From Lama guanicoe (Eukaryota), in NCBI GenBank assembly GCA_013239625.1, contig MU053431.1:2694485-2754484 (forward strand): a stretch of DNA of 60,000 bases, in the 5' to 3' direction. The translations under genes were made by a program, and so were the position numbers. The notes below the pieces were generated by a model. It was given only the letters and a program-made list of their open reading frames with translations, was not told the DNA's origin and did not search any database. Positions within the stretch are counted from its first letter, which is position 1, and every line of letters begins with the position of its first letter. This document shows, piece by piece, positions 31,701 to 43,300 of the stretch.

Positions 31701-34101
31701 AGAACTAAAATGTGGATTCCTTCCTGGCAGCTTAATTGACATGGCATACTGTCATCTCTAGCATTGTCACTGCCATCACCACCACCACCTTCATCATCAT
31801 TATCACTATCACCATCACCACCACCTTCATAACCACCAACATCGCCATCACCACAACAATCACCACCACTACCATCACCGCCTCCACCATCACCACCACC
31901 TCCATCATCATCACCACCACCATCTCCATGATCACCACAACAGTCACCACCGCCACTACCACCATCACCTCCACCATCGTCACCACTGCCTCCACCGTCA
32001 CCATCACCATCACCGCCACTTCCATCGTCATCACAACCACGACTACCATCATCACCTCCACCATCACCACCACCTTCACCACCACCATCACCACTACCCA
32101 CCACCTTCATCATCATCATCATCATTATCACTATCACCACCACCTTCATAACCACCACCATCACTACTACCGCCGTCTCCACCATCATCACAACAATCAC
32201 CGCCTCCACCATCACCACCACCTCCACCACCACGGTCAGCCACATTCATCATCATCATCACTATCACCATCACCTTCATAACCACCATCACCACCACCTC
32301 CATCATCATCACCACCACCATCTCCATCATCACCACAACAGTCACCACCGCCACTACCATCATCACCTCCACCATCATCACCACTGCCTCTGCCACCACC
32401 ATCACCACCATCATCACCACCACCATGTCCACCTCCACCACCACCTGCAACACTATCACCACCAAAACTACCACCATCGCCAACATTATCATCCCTGCCA
32501 TGACCCCTACCATCACTGCCACCACCGCTTACCTCCACCATTACCACCACCACTATCAGTACCAACACTCACCACCACCACCATCACAACTAACAATCCA
32601 ACAGATATTTATTAAGCACCCACAATTTCCTCAGCCCTGTTTCAGGTTCTTAGACACAATCAGACCCCATCAGCACCCGTCCCATCCCTGTCACCACTTC
32701 CTGTCTCCATTGCTAGATAGCAGGGAGGACTGGTTTGCTGTGCTCTTACAGATTCTGGAGCCCTTGGGAACCTCTAGCAGTGGTAGGGCCAGCATTTTGG
32801 TCCATAAAGGGTCTTAAGAGATATTTGAAAGGGAGGAGGGCAGGTTCTTTTGTCTTATGAGCCCTGCCTCTTTGCTTCCATGCAGGGTCAGGCATATGTT
32901 CTGCTACCTGCCATACCCATCTTTTCCAAGGCAGGCCATCTTCAGGTTTTGAACCCTTTTGTGTGTCCCAGAAGTACGTGAAGAATTTGTTGAAATGTTT
33001 GCCTTCAGGCTCCGTGTCCTTGGGCTGGGACCAGGAGCCTACATATTAATGAGGGGTCAGAGTGGGTGCCCCCGTGATGGCCTTTGCTGGAGGCCCAGCA
33101 GGGTGGCCACATGAAGCCTTCCTCCTCCCTGTCCTCTGCAGACACACCAAGATGAAGACAGCTACCAACATTTACATTTTTAATCTGGCCCTGGCGGACA
33201 CTTTGGTGCTGCTGACCCTGCCCTTTCAGGGCACAGATGTCCTCCTGGGCTTCTGGCCATTTGGGAACGCCCTGTGCAAGACAGTCATCGCCATCGACTA
33301 CTACAACATGTTCACCAGCACCTTCACGCTGACCGCCATGAGCGTGGACCGCTACGTAGCCATCTGCCACCCCATCCGCGCCCTTGATGTCCGGACGTCC
33401 AGCAAGGCGCAGGCGGTCAATGTGGCCATCTGGGCCCTGGCCTCTGTTGTTGGCGTTCCCGTGGCCATCATGGGCTCAGCTCAGGTTGAGGATGAAGGTC
33501 AGTGGTGGCCCCTTCTGTGGTGCCATGCTCCCCTGGCTCCCTGGCCACCTGCCCTGACCCTGCTTCTCTCCCTGCAGAGATCGAGTGTCTGGTGGAGATG
33601 CCCACCCCGCAGGACTACTGGGGCCCCGTGTTCGCTGTCTGCATCTTCCTCTTCTCCTTCATCATCCCCGTGCTCATCATCTCTGTCTGCTACAGCCTCA
33701 TGATCCGGCGGCTCCGCGGCGTCCGCCTGCTCTCAGGCTCCCGGGAGAAGGACAGGAACCTGCGGCGCATCACGCGACTGGTGCTGGTGGTGGTGGCTGT
33801 GTTCGTGGGCTGCTGGACTCCTGTCCAGGTCTTCGTATTGGTCCAAGGGCTGGGCGTTCAGCCAGGCAGTGAGACCGCAGTGGCCATCCTGCGTTTCTGC
33901 ACGGCCCTGGGCTATGTCAACAGCTGCCTCAATCCCATCCTCTATGCCTTCCTGGATGAAAACTTCAAGGCCTGCTTCCGCAAGTTCTGCTGTGCCCCTG
34001 CCCTGCGCCGGGAGACGCAGGTGTCAGATCGTGTGCGCAGCATTGCCAAGGATGTGGCCCTCGCCTGCAAGACCTCGGAGACAGTGCCGCGGCCTGCATG
34101 A
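28771..34101 (+). CDS. OPRL1: Nociceptin/orphanin FQ receptor (opioid receptor-like 1), 370 aa, 3 coding exons
   Basis: Exons 28771-29003, 33142-33497, 33578-34101 (1113 nt, GT-AG). Starts [14 protein letters not shown]. Has [36 protein letters not shown] and NPILY, and ends TSETVPRPA*. Confidence 0.98.
29525..29985. repeat. Degenerate (TG/CA/TA)n alternating purine-pyrimidine low-complexity tract
   Basis: Units such as tgtgtgcatgcatgtg and tacacgtgtg repeated over about 460 bp in an OPRL1 intron. Confidence 0.85.
30164..30210 (+). mobile_element. Solo poly(A) insertion flanked by a 17-bp target-site duplication
   Basis: agaactggcagagtcat + A13 + agaactggcagagttac. Confidence 0.75.
30402..31470 (-). 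mobile_element. Older L1 (L1M-type) 3' region fragment
   Basis: Poly-T start, then 'gcagttttaggttcacagcaaaattgag', 'ggtgttgcacattctgtgggttttgacaa', 'tcctttgggtaaataccaaggagtatgattgctggatc' and 'tggagcatcttttcatgtactta', typical of the antisense L1 ORF2 end and 3'UTR. Confidence 0.8.
31505..31625. mobile_element. MIR-like fragment
   Basis: 'cacttagatcctctgagctt...aatggggat...ttaaatgagataa...aagagcttagcacag'. Confidence 0.6.
31765..32590. repeat. (CAC/CAT)n trinucleotide low-complexity array with internal higher-order duplication
   Basis: About 820 bp of cac/cat/tac triplets. A 106-bp segment is repeated at 31887-31992 and 32285-32390 with 3 mismatches. Confidence 0.95.
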
Positions 34102-35618
34102 CTAGGCGTGGACCTGCCCATGGTGCCTGTCAGCCCACAGAGTCCGTCAACACCCAACACGGAGCTCACCCAGGTCACTGCTCTCTAGGCTGACACATGA
34201 CCTGAGCATCACCAGCCTCCGTGGGCTTCCCTGTGGCCTCAGAGGGCCTGCTGACACCATGGGACAGGTTAGAACATTTGGGCTGCCCCTGCGACCCGGG
34301 TCATACTGAAGCTGCCCTCCCAGTGCAGGGTGGGGAGGGGGTGCAAGGACTCATCTGTGAGCACATGGGGCCAGAGCCATGCTGACACTCTGAAGCTTTG
34401 TGGACTCTTCTGGCCTCTCCCTTGCTGCCCCTGGCTCTGGTGGGCACACACCTGGCATTGTGACAGCAGCTGTGCAGTCCCATGTGCTGCGTGCCGTCAT
34501 CATGGAGCCCTGTGGCATCTCCTCGAGGCAGCTGGATGAGCTTGGCACTGCCTGGAGAGCCCAGCAGACATCTCTGGGCTGTGAGACTCGCCGTGAGAGT
34601 GGCACTCCCTTCAGAGGATTCTCAGTGAGCCTGTTTCCTCCAGGAGGACAACAACCAATTGCACTGCAGATGTGGCCATTCAGGTGTGTGAGGTGGCCAG
34701 GAGGACCTGGGGGGCTGCATGACCACTGCAGCCCACTTCATCATGTGTGAAGCAGCCCCATGTGTGTGATGTGGGGAGTGCTTTGTCGTGCCCCATCTAG
34801 GGGTGCCTGTGTCCCCCTCAGGCTCCTCCTCCCAGTCCTCCTTTTAGACTTCCATCAGAGGTTCTGTAGCTGGCAGGACTCTGTGCCCTGTTTGGGTCCC
34901 AGTGGCCTTGGAAGGTGGCAGTTGGGACAGGTGCTGCTTTGCATCCCCAATTACTTTTACAAGCCTCCAGGTGTCTGTGGGGGTGGCCTGAGCTTTCTGC
35001 TGCCAGGACTTGTCTAAAACTCCAAATCAGAGGATGGTTTCATGGGGAGAGCAGGTATGAGAGGTGGAGTCTGGCAGGTTCTGCTTGAGCAAGGCTACAG
35101 GGACCATCTGCGCTGGGGGACCCTGGGCTGGGGGTGTTGTTCTGTTGTGGCCACCCAGAGAGGCCCCCTCCCAGTCTGCAGACAGAAGCTGAAGGTTGGT
35201 GACTTGGCAAACATGCTTTCTGCAGACGAACTATTAAAGCACCTGCAACACTGGAGACACCATTCTGCCTCCACTTGTAAGCTGAGCCGCAGACCCCGGC
35301 CAGGTGACCTCAGCACAGGAGGTCACCTCCTCAGAACAGGAGGCACTGACTCTGGACTGGCCTCTCCTGCTCTGGGGAGCCCTGGCCCTGTGGGATTGGT
35401 CCGGGGGAGGACGGGGCTCTCTCTGTGCTGCCTGCAGCCAGAGGCTCTGAGGACCAGAGCTGCCATGGCTGTGGCATTTTCGTGCCAAAGTTGAAAGATT
35501 TGTGACTCTGTGCCAGTGAAGCACGTGTCTTCTTGTATCTGTGCATGTGAAGTGTGTCATTTCCCCTGCATGTAACCAACCCTGAATCTGTCTCCAGGGG
35601 TCCTGATGCAGGGCCCAT

Positions 35619-35624
35619 AATAAA
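35619..35624 (+). terminator. Probable OPRL1 polyadenylation signal AATAAA
   Basis: First canonical AATAAA I found after the stop codon, implying a 3'UTR of about 1.5 kb. Confidence 0.6.
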
Positions 35625-36499
35625 CCCCTGCACACCGGCCAGGGCACTCCGCCCATAATGGGTGTTTCCTTGGAGGGATGTTGGGGTAACCTCTCTGGGA
35701 TGAGCATGTGGGCTGTAGGTTGACTTATCCTTCCATCTGCTCTGTGCTCCTCACCTGACCAGGCTCTGTCCTTGGCAGATGGTCCCCCCGGGAGGCTCCC
35801 ACTTTGGGAAGCAGCCAACCTGGTCGTGATGTGCTGGGGAGCTGTCGCCTTTCTGTAGCAGAGTTTCTCCCCAAACATTAAACACTGCACAGCCTGCCCT
35901 TGCAGCCGGAGGTTCTCACCGATCCAGTGGGCCGGTGCTCCCCCATGGCGGGTCATGAATTTTCTTCACCCCATTTAGTCTTAGCAGACTGCCCCGCCTC
36001 CAGCTCTTTTCTGCCTCCTTGAGCCTATCCGAGGGACATTTGGTGACAGATGAACAGAACAGCCTCCTTTGGCGGCCCTGGGATTCAGATATCCTCCTGG
36101 CTCCTGTGTGGGCCCAGTTCTGCCCGGGGTTGAACCTGGGGCAGACGACCCTGTCAGAGAGGGGCTTTGGGTGGGGTAGGGGGGAAAGGGAGTGGGCAGG
36201 GAGGGTGAGCTTGGTCTCAGTGTTTGGGCACAGGCAGATGGGCCAACGTCCGGTTTCATATACGTTTTAATGACAAGCAAATTGTTAACCCAAACAATTT
36301 AGCATCAAGGGAAGGCCGGGGTGGGGGGCACTCAGTGGCAGTTAGCATGGGGGGGGCGCTCAGGGCACTGTGAGGTCCTGGCGGAGAAGGCGGCTCAGAG
36401 TGGTTTCCTGGAGGCTGTGATGATCCCACCGACCAGGCCGACCCCACAGCAAGTGTCTGCGCTCGTCTCTGTCCAGGCTGGGCTGAGGGGCCAGCCAGC

Positions 36500-37520
36500 A
36501 ACCCGGGGACCTGGGAAGCAGGACCACGGCTCGCTCCCTCTCCGCATCTGCGCGCGGATCCCACGGTTCCCGCCTCCGGCCCCGCCCCTCCAGGCCCCTC
36601 CCTCGTCTCCGTCCTCGCCCCTAGCCCCCTGCGGCGCCCCCACTAGCTGGGTTGGGTCAAGTTCCCCGGCTTCTCTGATCCTCGGTTTCCTCTCTTGAGC
36701 GAAGGGGACACTGAACCTCCCTTGCGGGGTTGCTGGGGAAGGCCGAGCGATGGGAAGGGGTCAGCGGATCCCTCGGCCTCAGGGAAACCGCCGGCTCACC
36801 TGCGCTTTGGACTTTGCCCACCAGGGGCGCCGTGGCCCGCGGGAGACCCCGCCCAGGGGCCGCGCTGGGCCGCGCTGGGCGGTGCTGGGCGGTGCTGGGC
36901 GGTGCTGGGCCCGGGTCCGGGACAATGTCCGTGAGATTTGGGAACTGGAAGTAGAGCGCCAGCTCTCCCTGGGACCAGGAGCCCAGAGCAAGGAGACACT
37001 CGCTGCCCGCTCCCCACCTCATGTCTGGAAGTCACGGTGAAGGCGGGGCATTTTCCTCGGGGTCTGCAACTCACTAGGGCAGGATCCTGGTGAGGCTTCG
37101 CCTCTCTCCTCCATCTTGGCTCCCTCACCCTTGGGCTTTTGCGGGGGTACCCGCCCTCTCGGATGTCGGGGTGGGCGGGGGTCTGTGCCTGATCTGCCTC
37201 GGTGTTCCCAGTGCACGACTGCTAGGCTACAGATGGGGCAGCAGCCACCCCGCGGAATAAAGGGTGTGAGGTCTAATGAGGAGCCTTGGTCGGCACCTTC
37301 TGTGCTGTAGGGATGTTCTGCTGGGGCCAGATGGCACACTGGGGACAGGGTGGGAGACTTGCCCTGGCGCGGCGCCCCTCCTCCGGCGTTCCCGGAGGCG
37401 TCTCGGCCCCCGCTGCTCGGCGCCTGCTCGCGCCGCGTTTGCACCGCGCGCATTTACACCTCGCTGCGCTGGGCCCGCTGCGGGCGTAGCTGGGGTGTGG
37501 GAGTCGCTACTTCTCCTCTC
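36500..37520. promoter_or_regulatory. Orphan CpG island between the 3' ends of OPRL1 and NPBWR2
   Basis: CpG-dense blocks at about 36520-36960 and 37360-37510, with GC boxes. No associated coding exon found. Confidence 0.6.
36861..36910. repeat. 10-bp GC-rich tandem repeat x5
   Basis: cgcgctgggc x2 followed by ggtgctgggc x3. Confidence 0.9.
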
Positions 37521-39312
37521 AAGGAGCTCTCAGGGCACAGGATGAGCGCTGACAGGGTAATTATGGCTGCTGCTGGGAGAGGTGTGACTGCTGCGCGGCA
37601 GGAACAGCCAGTTCTTCCTGGGAGAGAAGCAGCTGCAGGTGGGGGTTTAAGTGCCCACAGCCCCTGAGTGTGGGCTGGCCTTGGGGGCTGCTTCTGAGGA
37701 GCAGGCTGTGGCTGAGTGGCTTCAGAGATAGGCCTTGAGAGGTGTTGAGGCTCCCCTGCTCTCTGTCCGATGCTGCCCTGGGGACCTGTGCTCTGTCCTG
37801 CAGACGCCCAAGCAGCCCTGTGGACAGTCCACGGGGTGAGGAGCTGAGGCCTGCTGCCAGTGGCCATGTGGTGGACCGGCTTCTCCAGCCCCAGTCCAGC
37901 CTTCAGGTGACTGAGGCCTTGGCCGGGGTCCTGACTGAAATCTCACAGAGACCCTGAGCCAGAGGCAGCGGAGAGTTGCTCTAAGATTCCTGATGGACAG
38001 GAGCTGGGAGATAGGAAATGTCGTTCTGAGCTCTGAGTTGGGGGGAAATTTGTTATACTGCAGTAGCTTGCTAATAAGTTGTTGTTGGGAAGATAACAGG
38101 ATGGAGGCAGTGTCTGAGTTGTTTCAGGCTGGGAGCGAGGAGGGAGAGTGATATGGGCCTGAGCCATTGGGTAGGGGAGGCGGCCATGCGCCGTGGGGGC
38201 CACCTCACCTGGTGGTGAAAGATGGGTCCTGCTTGTCATCTGGACAGACTGGCCAGAGCCGTGTCACAAGGACTGAAACCAACCAGGGGCCCCGTAAGCT
38301 TAGAAGGGTTACTGGATGCTGGGCAGGTGGCTCACGGGACAGCACAGCTGGAGCTCCGGGTTTGGAAGCCACTGGGAGCCATGGGGCCAAGAGCAGGGGG
38401 CCTGGCAGAGCCCCACCAAGGTGGTCTTCAGGGGCCTGCCCCTTGCCCCTCCCAAGTGGCAGAAAGTGGTCTCTGAACAGCCGGCATCTCAGTGCCCTGC
38501 CCAACCCCTGGAGGCCTGGCGTGGAGGCCCTGCCATCTGAGTCTAGGCCCCAGGCCACACACAAGCCAGGGAGGAAGGGGTCCAGATGCCAGCCTGTCGA
38601 GTGACAGATGCTTCCTCTGGACTGTGGGGGTCCAGAGGTCCTGGCAGAAGGGCCCTGGGTCCTATAGCAGGACGGGGCCACAGGCAACGGCTTGGAGGGC
38701 ACAAGGGGGCCTGGGCCTCACTCAAGGAGCCAGGAGGGGATGTGGGCACAGGCCTCCTGGCAAAACATCACCTGAGTTTCAGCTGTGAGAGTGCACTTCG
38801 TGGCCTCAGTGGATGGGCGTCTTTGTCTTTTCAGTGGCGCCTGCCTTTGCTGCCCCAGGGGTCCCACTTTTGTCACTCCCAGTCCTGTGTCAGGAGGAAC
38901 CCAAGGGACCCTGATGGTAGGATGCAGAGCCGGCCCCAGGGCGAGACCACAGCTCGGGCTTCTCTCCTCCAGATTGCGGACGTCAGGGAGGATGAAGAAG
39001 GAGCTGACCAGGGAGGTGGTCTGTCCCTCTGTGGCTGCATATGGCCAGGATGTCTTGGTGCTGGATCTTCTGTCTGGGTCTGCAGGCAGCATGGGGGGCC
39101 AGGACCTGAATCCCTGCAGCTGACCACCCAGGGGCTGTCCAGGGGGCAGAGACATGTGTTAAGTCCATGTCATCTCTGCAGGTCCAATGGCCAACTTTTG
39201 TGAGTCTTTATCTCTCTGCCTAGAGAAGACAGTGACAGGATGTGAACAAGTGGGATATTCCTTGAACAGGACAGTGCTTTTCACGAAGTCTGGGTCATGG
39301 CAGGAGGGGTGC

Positions 39313-40320
39313 TCACGGCCCTGGGCACCGGAACATGGCACGGAGGTTCTTCCGAAAGGTGTTGTCCAGGAAGGCGTAGAGGAAGGGGTTGAGGCAGGAG
39401 CTGGCATAGCTGAGGCTGGTGATGACGTAGGAGACAGTGATGACCAGTGGTGTCTGGGGCAGGTCTGTGGCCAGGGCTACGACAGAGGCCAGGTGGAAGG
39501 GCGCCCAGCAGAGCAGGCCCACAGCCAGCACGGCCAGGACCAGGATGGTCACCTTCCTCCTGGCCTTGCCTAGAGCTTTGGCCCCAGAGTGGAGCCGCAG
39601 GGCTCGCAGCCGCCGCAGCAGGTCCACATAGAGCACACAGAGGGTGCACATGGGCACCGCGAAGCCAAGGACCAGCGTATAGATGCGGCTCGCCTGGAAC
39701 CAGGCGCGCTCTGGCCGCGGGAAGCTCAGCCCGCAGCTCGTGACCTGCAGCTCGTTGCTGTAGACACCGGCAAAGGTGAAGAAAGGCAGCACTGCCACGG
39801 TGACGCCCAGCCAGACGCACAGGCTGGCAATCTTTGCCCCCCGGAGGGTGCGCCGGGGCACGTGGCGGGAGCGTGCCGTGGCCAGCACCACCAGGTAGCG
39901 GTCCACGCTCATGGCAGCCAGGAAGTAGACGCTGGAGAAGATGTTGCAGTGGTCGATGGCCAGCACTAGCTTGCAGAGCAGCTCCCCGAAGGGCCAGCGC
40001 TGCAGCACATGCTCGGTGATGTTGGCTGGCAGGACCAGTGTGAAGAGCCCGTCGGCGACGGCCAGGTTCAGGATGAACACGTGCGTCACGGTCTTCATCT
40101 TGGGCGCCCTTAGGATCACACAGATGACAATCGTGTTGCCCATCAGCCCCACAGCACAGATGACAGAGTACACTACTGGCAGGAGCACGTAGAGGGCTGG
40201 CAGGGGCTCTGGAAAGGTGATGTTGTGTCTGGTGTCATTGTCCCAAGAGAGGCCGGTGCCTGGCATGCCTGCGAAGGGGGAGGCTCTGCTGTCCAGACCC
40301 TCCAGCCCACTGGCTTCCAT
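39313..40320 (-). CDS. NPBWR2: Neuropeptides B/W receptor type 2 (GPR8), 335 aa, intronless CDS
   Basis: Class A GPCR with RAPKMKTVTHVFILNLAVAD, WPFGELLCK, MSVDRY, CWAPFH and CLNPFLY. The sequence and its tail-to-tail position next to OPRL1 match NPBWR2. Confidence 0.95.
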   Translation of the reverse strand: MEASGLEGLDSRASPFAGMPGTGLSWDNDTRHNITFPEPLPALYVLLPVVYSVICAVGLMGNTIVICVILRAPKMKTVTHVFILNLAVADGLFTLVLPANITEHVLQRWPFGELLCKLVLAIDHCNIFSSVYFLAAMSVDRYLVVLATARSRHVPRRTLRGAKIASLCVWLGVTVAVLPFFTFAGVYSNELQVTSCGLSFPRPERAWFQASRIYTLVLGFAVPMCTLCVLYVDLLRRLRALRLHSGAKALGKARRKVTILVLAVLAVGLLCWAPFHLASVVALATDLPQTPLVITVSYVITSLSYASSCLNPFLYAFLDNTFRKNLRAMFRCPGP

Positions 40321-43300
40321 TGTGAGTTGGGGCTGTTACTAAGCTGTGCCCTGGGCTGGTGAGAGGTGCTTCAGAGCCGGGGATCTGGGCAGGGGCCTCC
40401 TTGGGCTGGATTCTGAGAAAGAAACAACCAGAAACTTTGGGATCTGGCTGTCAGCTTAGAATAGCAGCTGCCTCAAGTTCTCTGGCAGAGGCTTAGGTCA
40501 CTTTGCCAGGGTCAGGGACGCATGGAGTCTCTCTCCATCCATCCCTGTCCAGTGACCAGAGAGAGCCTGGTGGAGTGCATGGGGGCCTCCTCCAGGGCAG
40601 CATTTTTGACTGGTCAGTTTCCTTCCCCCGGCCCCCCTCCATCTGCAGAGAGCAGCTGCTGACCACCCTTCAGGGAAGGGAGGGCTTAGATTCCTCCCCC
40701 CAGCCCCTGTCCCGGCCACATCCCAGAGCACAAGCTACAGAAAGTTAAGACAGCCCTTTTGAAAATGCACCTTCCAGCATATCCCCGCCCACCTTGGAAA
40801 CCCGGAGTCCTGGAGAGGTGCCCTCCCAGTCACACAGCAGACCCTCTGTGTGTGGCTACCTGCTGTTTCCCTCACTGACCTGTCTGGAGACACGTGACCA
40901 GAAGTTGGTGGCCTTGGTGGGCATGTGGCGGTGGCCAGATCAGGCAGTGGCAGGGGTGGAGGTGGCAGGAGTGGCAGGAGGTGTGGCCTCCACCGACAGG
41001 CCCCCTCCAATCCGCTCTCAACCCCCTGGGGGCCTTCTAGGACCTGCTCACCAGCCAGCAGCTCTGCAGCTCAGCGGGAACTGGCTTCCCTCCCAAGGTC
41101 TCCAGCCTGGTGGCAGCGCTATTGGGCGTGAGGGAGGGAGGCGGGTCCCACTGGCTGACGTGGAGCCGGGAGGAAGGGGGCGGGAGCTGAGGCGGCGCTG
41201 CAGTCATCCCCAGGGCTGCTGCCGAGCTCACTTGCCTGGCTGGACTCTCTAGTGGGCAGCCCTGGTGTGTGTCTGTGCATGAGTGTGCCTGTGTTGGGAG
41301 GCATGCAGTGCAGGAGCCTCTGGGTGAGCCCGGGCTAGGGGGCAGCCTGCGGGCTCCACTGAACACATTTGGGCCTCTGTCCGTGGGTCTCTATGGACCT
41401 GGGCACGGTTATCTGCGTGTGTGGGTTTCTTGGAGGACCTTGTGAGTGTGCATGCGTGTGCATGTGTGTGTTCCTGTGTACACGTGTATGCACGTGTATC
41501 TGCGTGCAGTTTCTGTGGTGAGCTCTGTACCTCTGTCTGGGGGGGATCTGTGTAGCTCCCTGTCTGGGTGTGGTGGTCGGCGGCTCTGTATGCCTTCATG
41601 TGGATTCAGAACCTGTGGCCCACATACAAGCCAACTTCTTTTTTCTTTTTCTGAAAGAGGAGCTCGTACATGTAAAAACTCACACAAGTGGTGGAAGACC
41701 CTCCCTTGGTCCCGCTGCCACCGCGCTCTCCAAGAACTCTGTGCTGGTGGTGAGAACGCATTTCACTCTGCACTCAGTCTTCACTTTCCTGCCCAGCTCC
41801 GCGTTTTCTCGGTCTACTGGACACACATGACGTATATAACCCCCGTGGGTGGACGGCTGGGCTGTCTCTGGCTGTGCTTTTGCAGGTGACGCAGCAGCTA
41901 GTGACAGTGTCTCGCGCCCTTTTCGGGCAGCAACTCAAGAGGACTTCCAGGTCAGAGGGTCTGTGTGCTTCCAGCCTGGGGAGACATGGCTGTTCACTGC
42001 CCACACAGACCTGCTTCCTTCACTAGAGTTGTGGTCCCTCTGCCTGTGGCCTGGGCCAGGACAGGAGCCCGGGCACTTTCCCAGGCACCCTGAAGTCACC
42101 AGGCCTAAGGCTGCGTCCAGGGGCGCTGGCCTCCCCTTCTGTGGGCCCAGAGGTGGGCATGACAGAGTTAGGGTGTGCCCTGCTGGCTCTGGGAGGCTGA
42201 GGGCTGTGAGCCTTGGCCCAGAGCTCCAGCTACCCACCAGGGCTGAGCCTTCATCCAGTGGGCCTCCCCCAGGAGTGACCCTCCACGCCCCTGGTTCCCC
42301 AAAAACTCTGTGCCTTCAAGTGGTCTTTATACACAGGCTTTCATTTCTGGTGTGTGTGGGGCACTGCGGCCAGGACTTCCCTGGGGACCTTCACTGTCCC
42401 GTAGGAGCACCGCAGACCTTGTAGATTTGAATGAGGAAATTCTTGATGAGAAGCGGGGTGACTGGCTGGACACTGCTCTCCTGGTCTTGCTTCTGAGAAC
42501 CCGTGAGCCTGGGAGGGAGGGAGCCGCCCTTTGGTCTGGATGGGGCAGGTTCTGGACTGGTCATTGGTGCCCCAGGCTGAGGCCCAGCGAGGCCAGGGGA
42601 TGGGCAGTCAGCAAGTGTTAGGAGAGGCCCCTGAATTTAGGGCTGAATTTCGTGATTTGGGGGTTTTTCAGGGGTGGGAGGGGTCCTGGGTCAGTTCACA
42701 GGTCCTGGACCCCAGAGACAGGACAGAGAGCAGATGAAGTCTGGTGTACGGGCTGCCTGTCCCCCTTGATCGTGCGGCCTGCATGTGGGCAGGCTTGTGG
42801 GCCGGGCTGGGCTGGGGAGGGAATGGCTGACCACAGCCAGGTGCTGGACCTGTAGGGAGTGGCCCAGGCCTCCTGTCACTCAGCTGTGTCCCGAATGTGG
42901 GGCAGGGCTTACCCCTCTGGGCCTGGTTGTGGGCCTGCCGGGGGATGGATGCTGGGGAGGGTTCCCATATCCTGAGCATCTTGGCGGGGGTGGCCAGAGC
43001 TCTGTCTGCCCGCCAGCCAGCACGTAACTTACTAGTCCCCCCTGAACACGGGCCTGGGGTGGGGGCTCTTCGCCCTTAGGCCCCTCCTGCTCTTTGTCCC
43101 AGCGCGGCAGGACACCAGATGCCACCCCCAGACTTTCTCCAGACCTGGCTCACCCCGCAGTGTCAGACTGGGAAGTCTCATCTCTGCTGTTCCTAGTCTG
43201 TCCTGAGGGCTGCCTGGCTCCCTGCCCAGCCTGTCACATCGAAGTGGAGGGAGGAGGGGGGCCCAGGGCAGCAGGGCTCAGGGGGCTGAGGAGGGGCTGA

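Noticed and set aside
31658..32568. Mucin-like, poly-His and poly-Val ORFs
   Set aside because: These are translations of the CAC/CAT triplet array inside an intron.
36861..36910. Short direct repeats as a CRISPR-like array
   Set aside because: No spacers and a eukaryotic context; a simple minisatellite.
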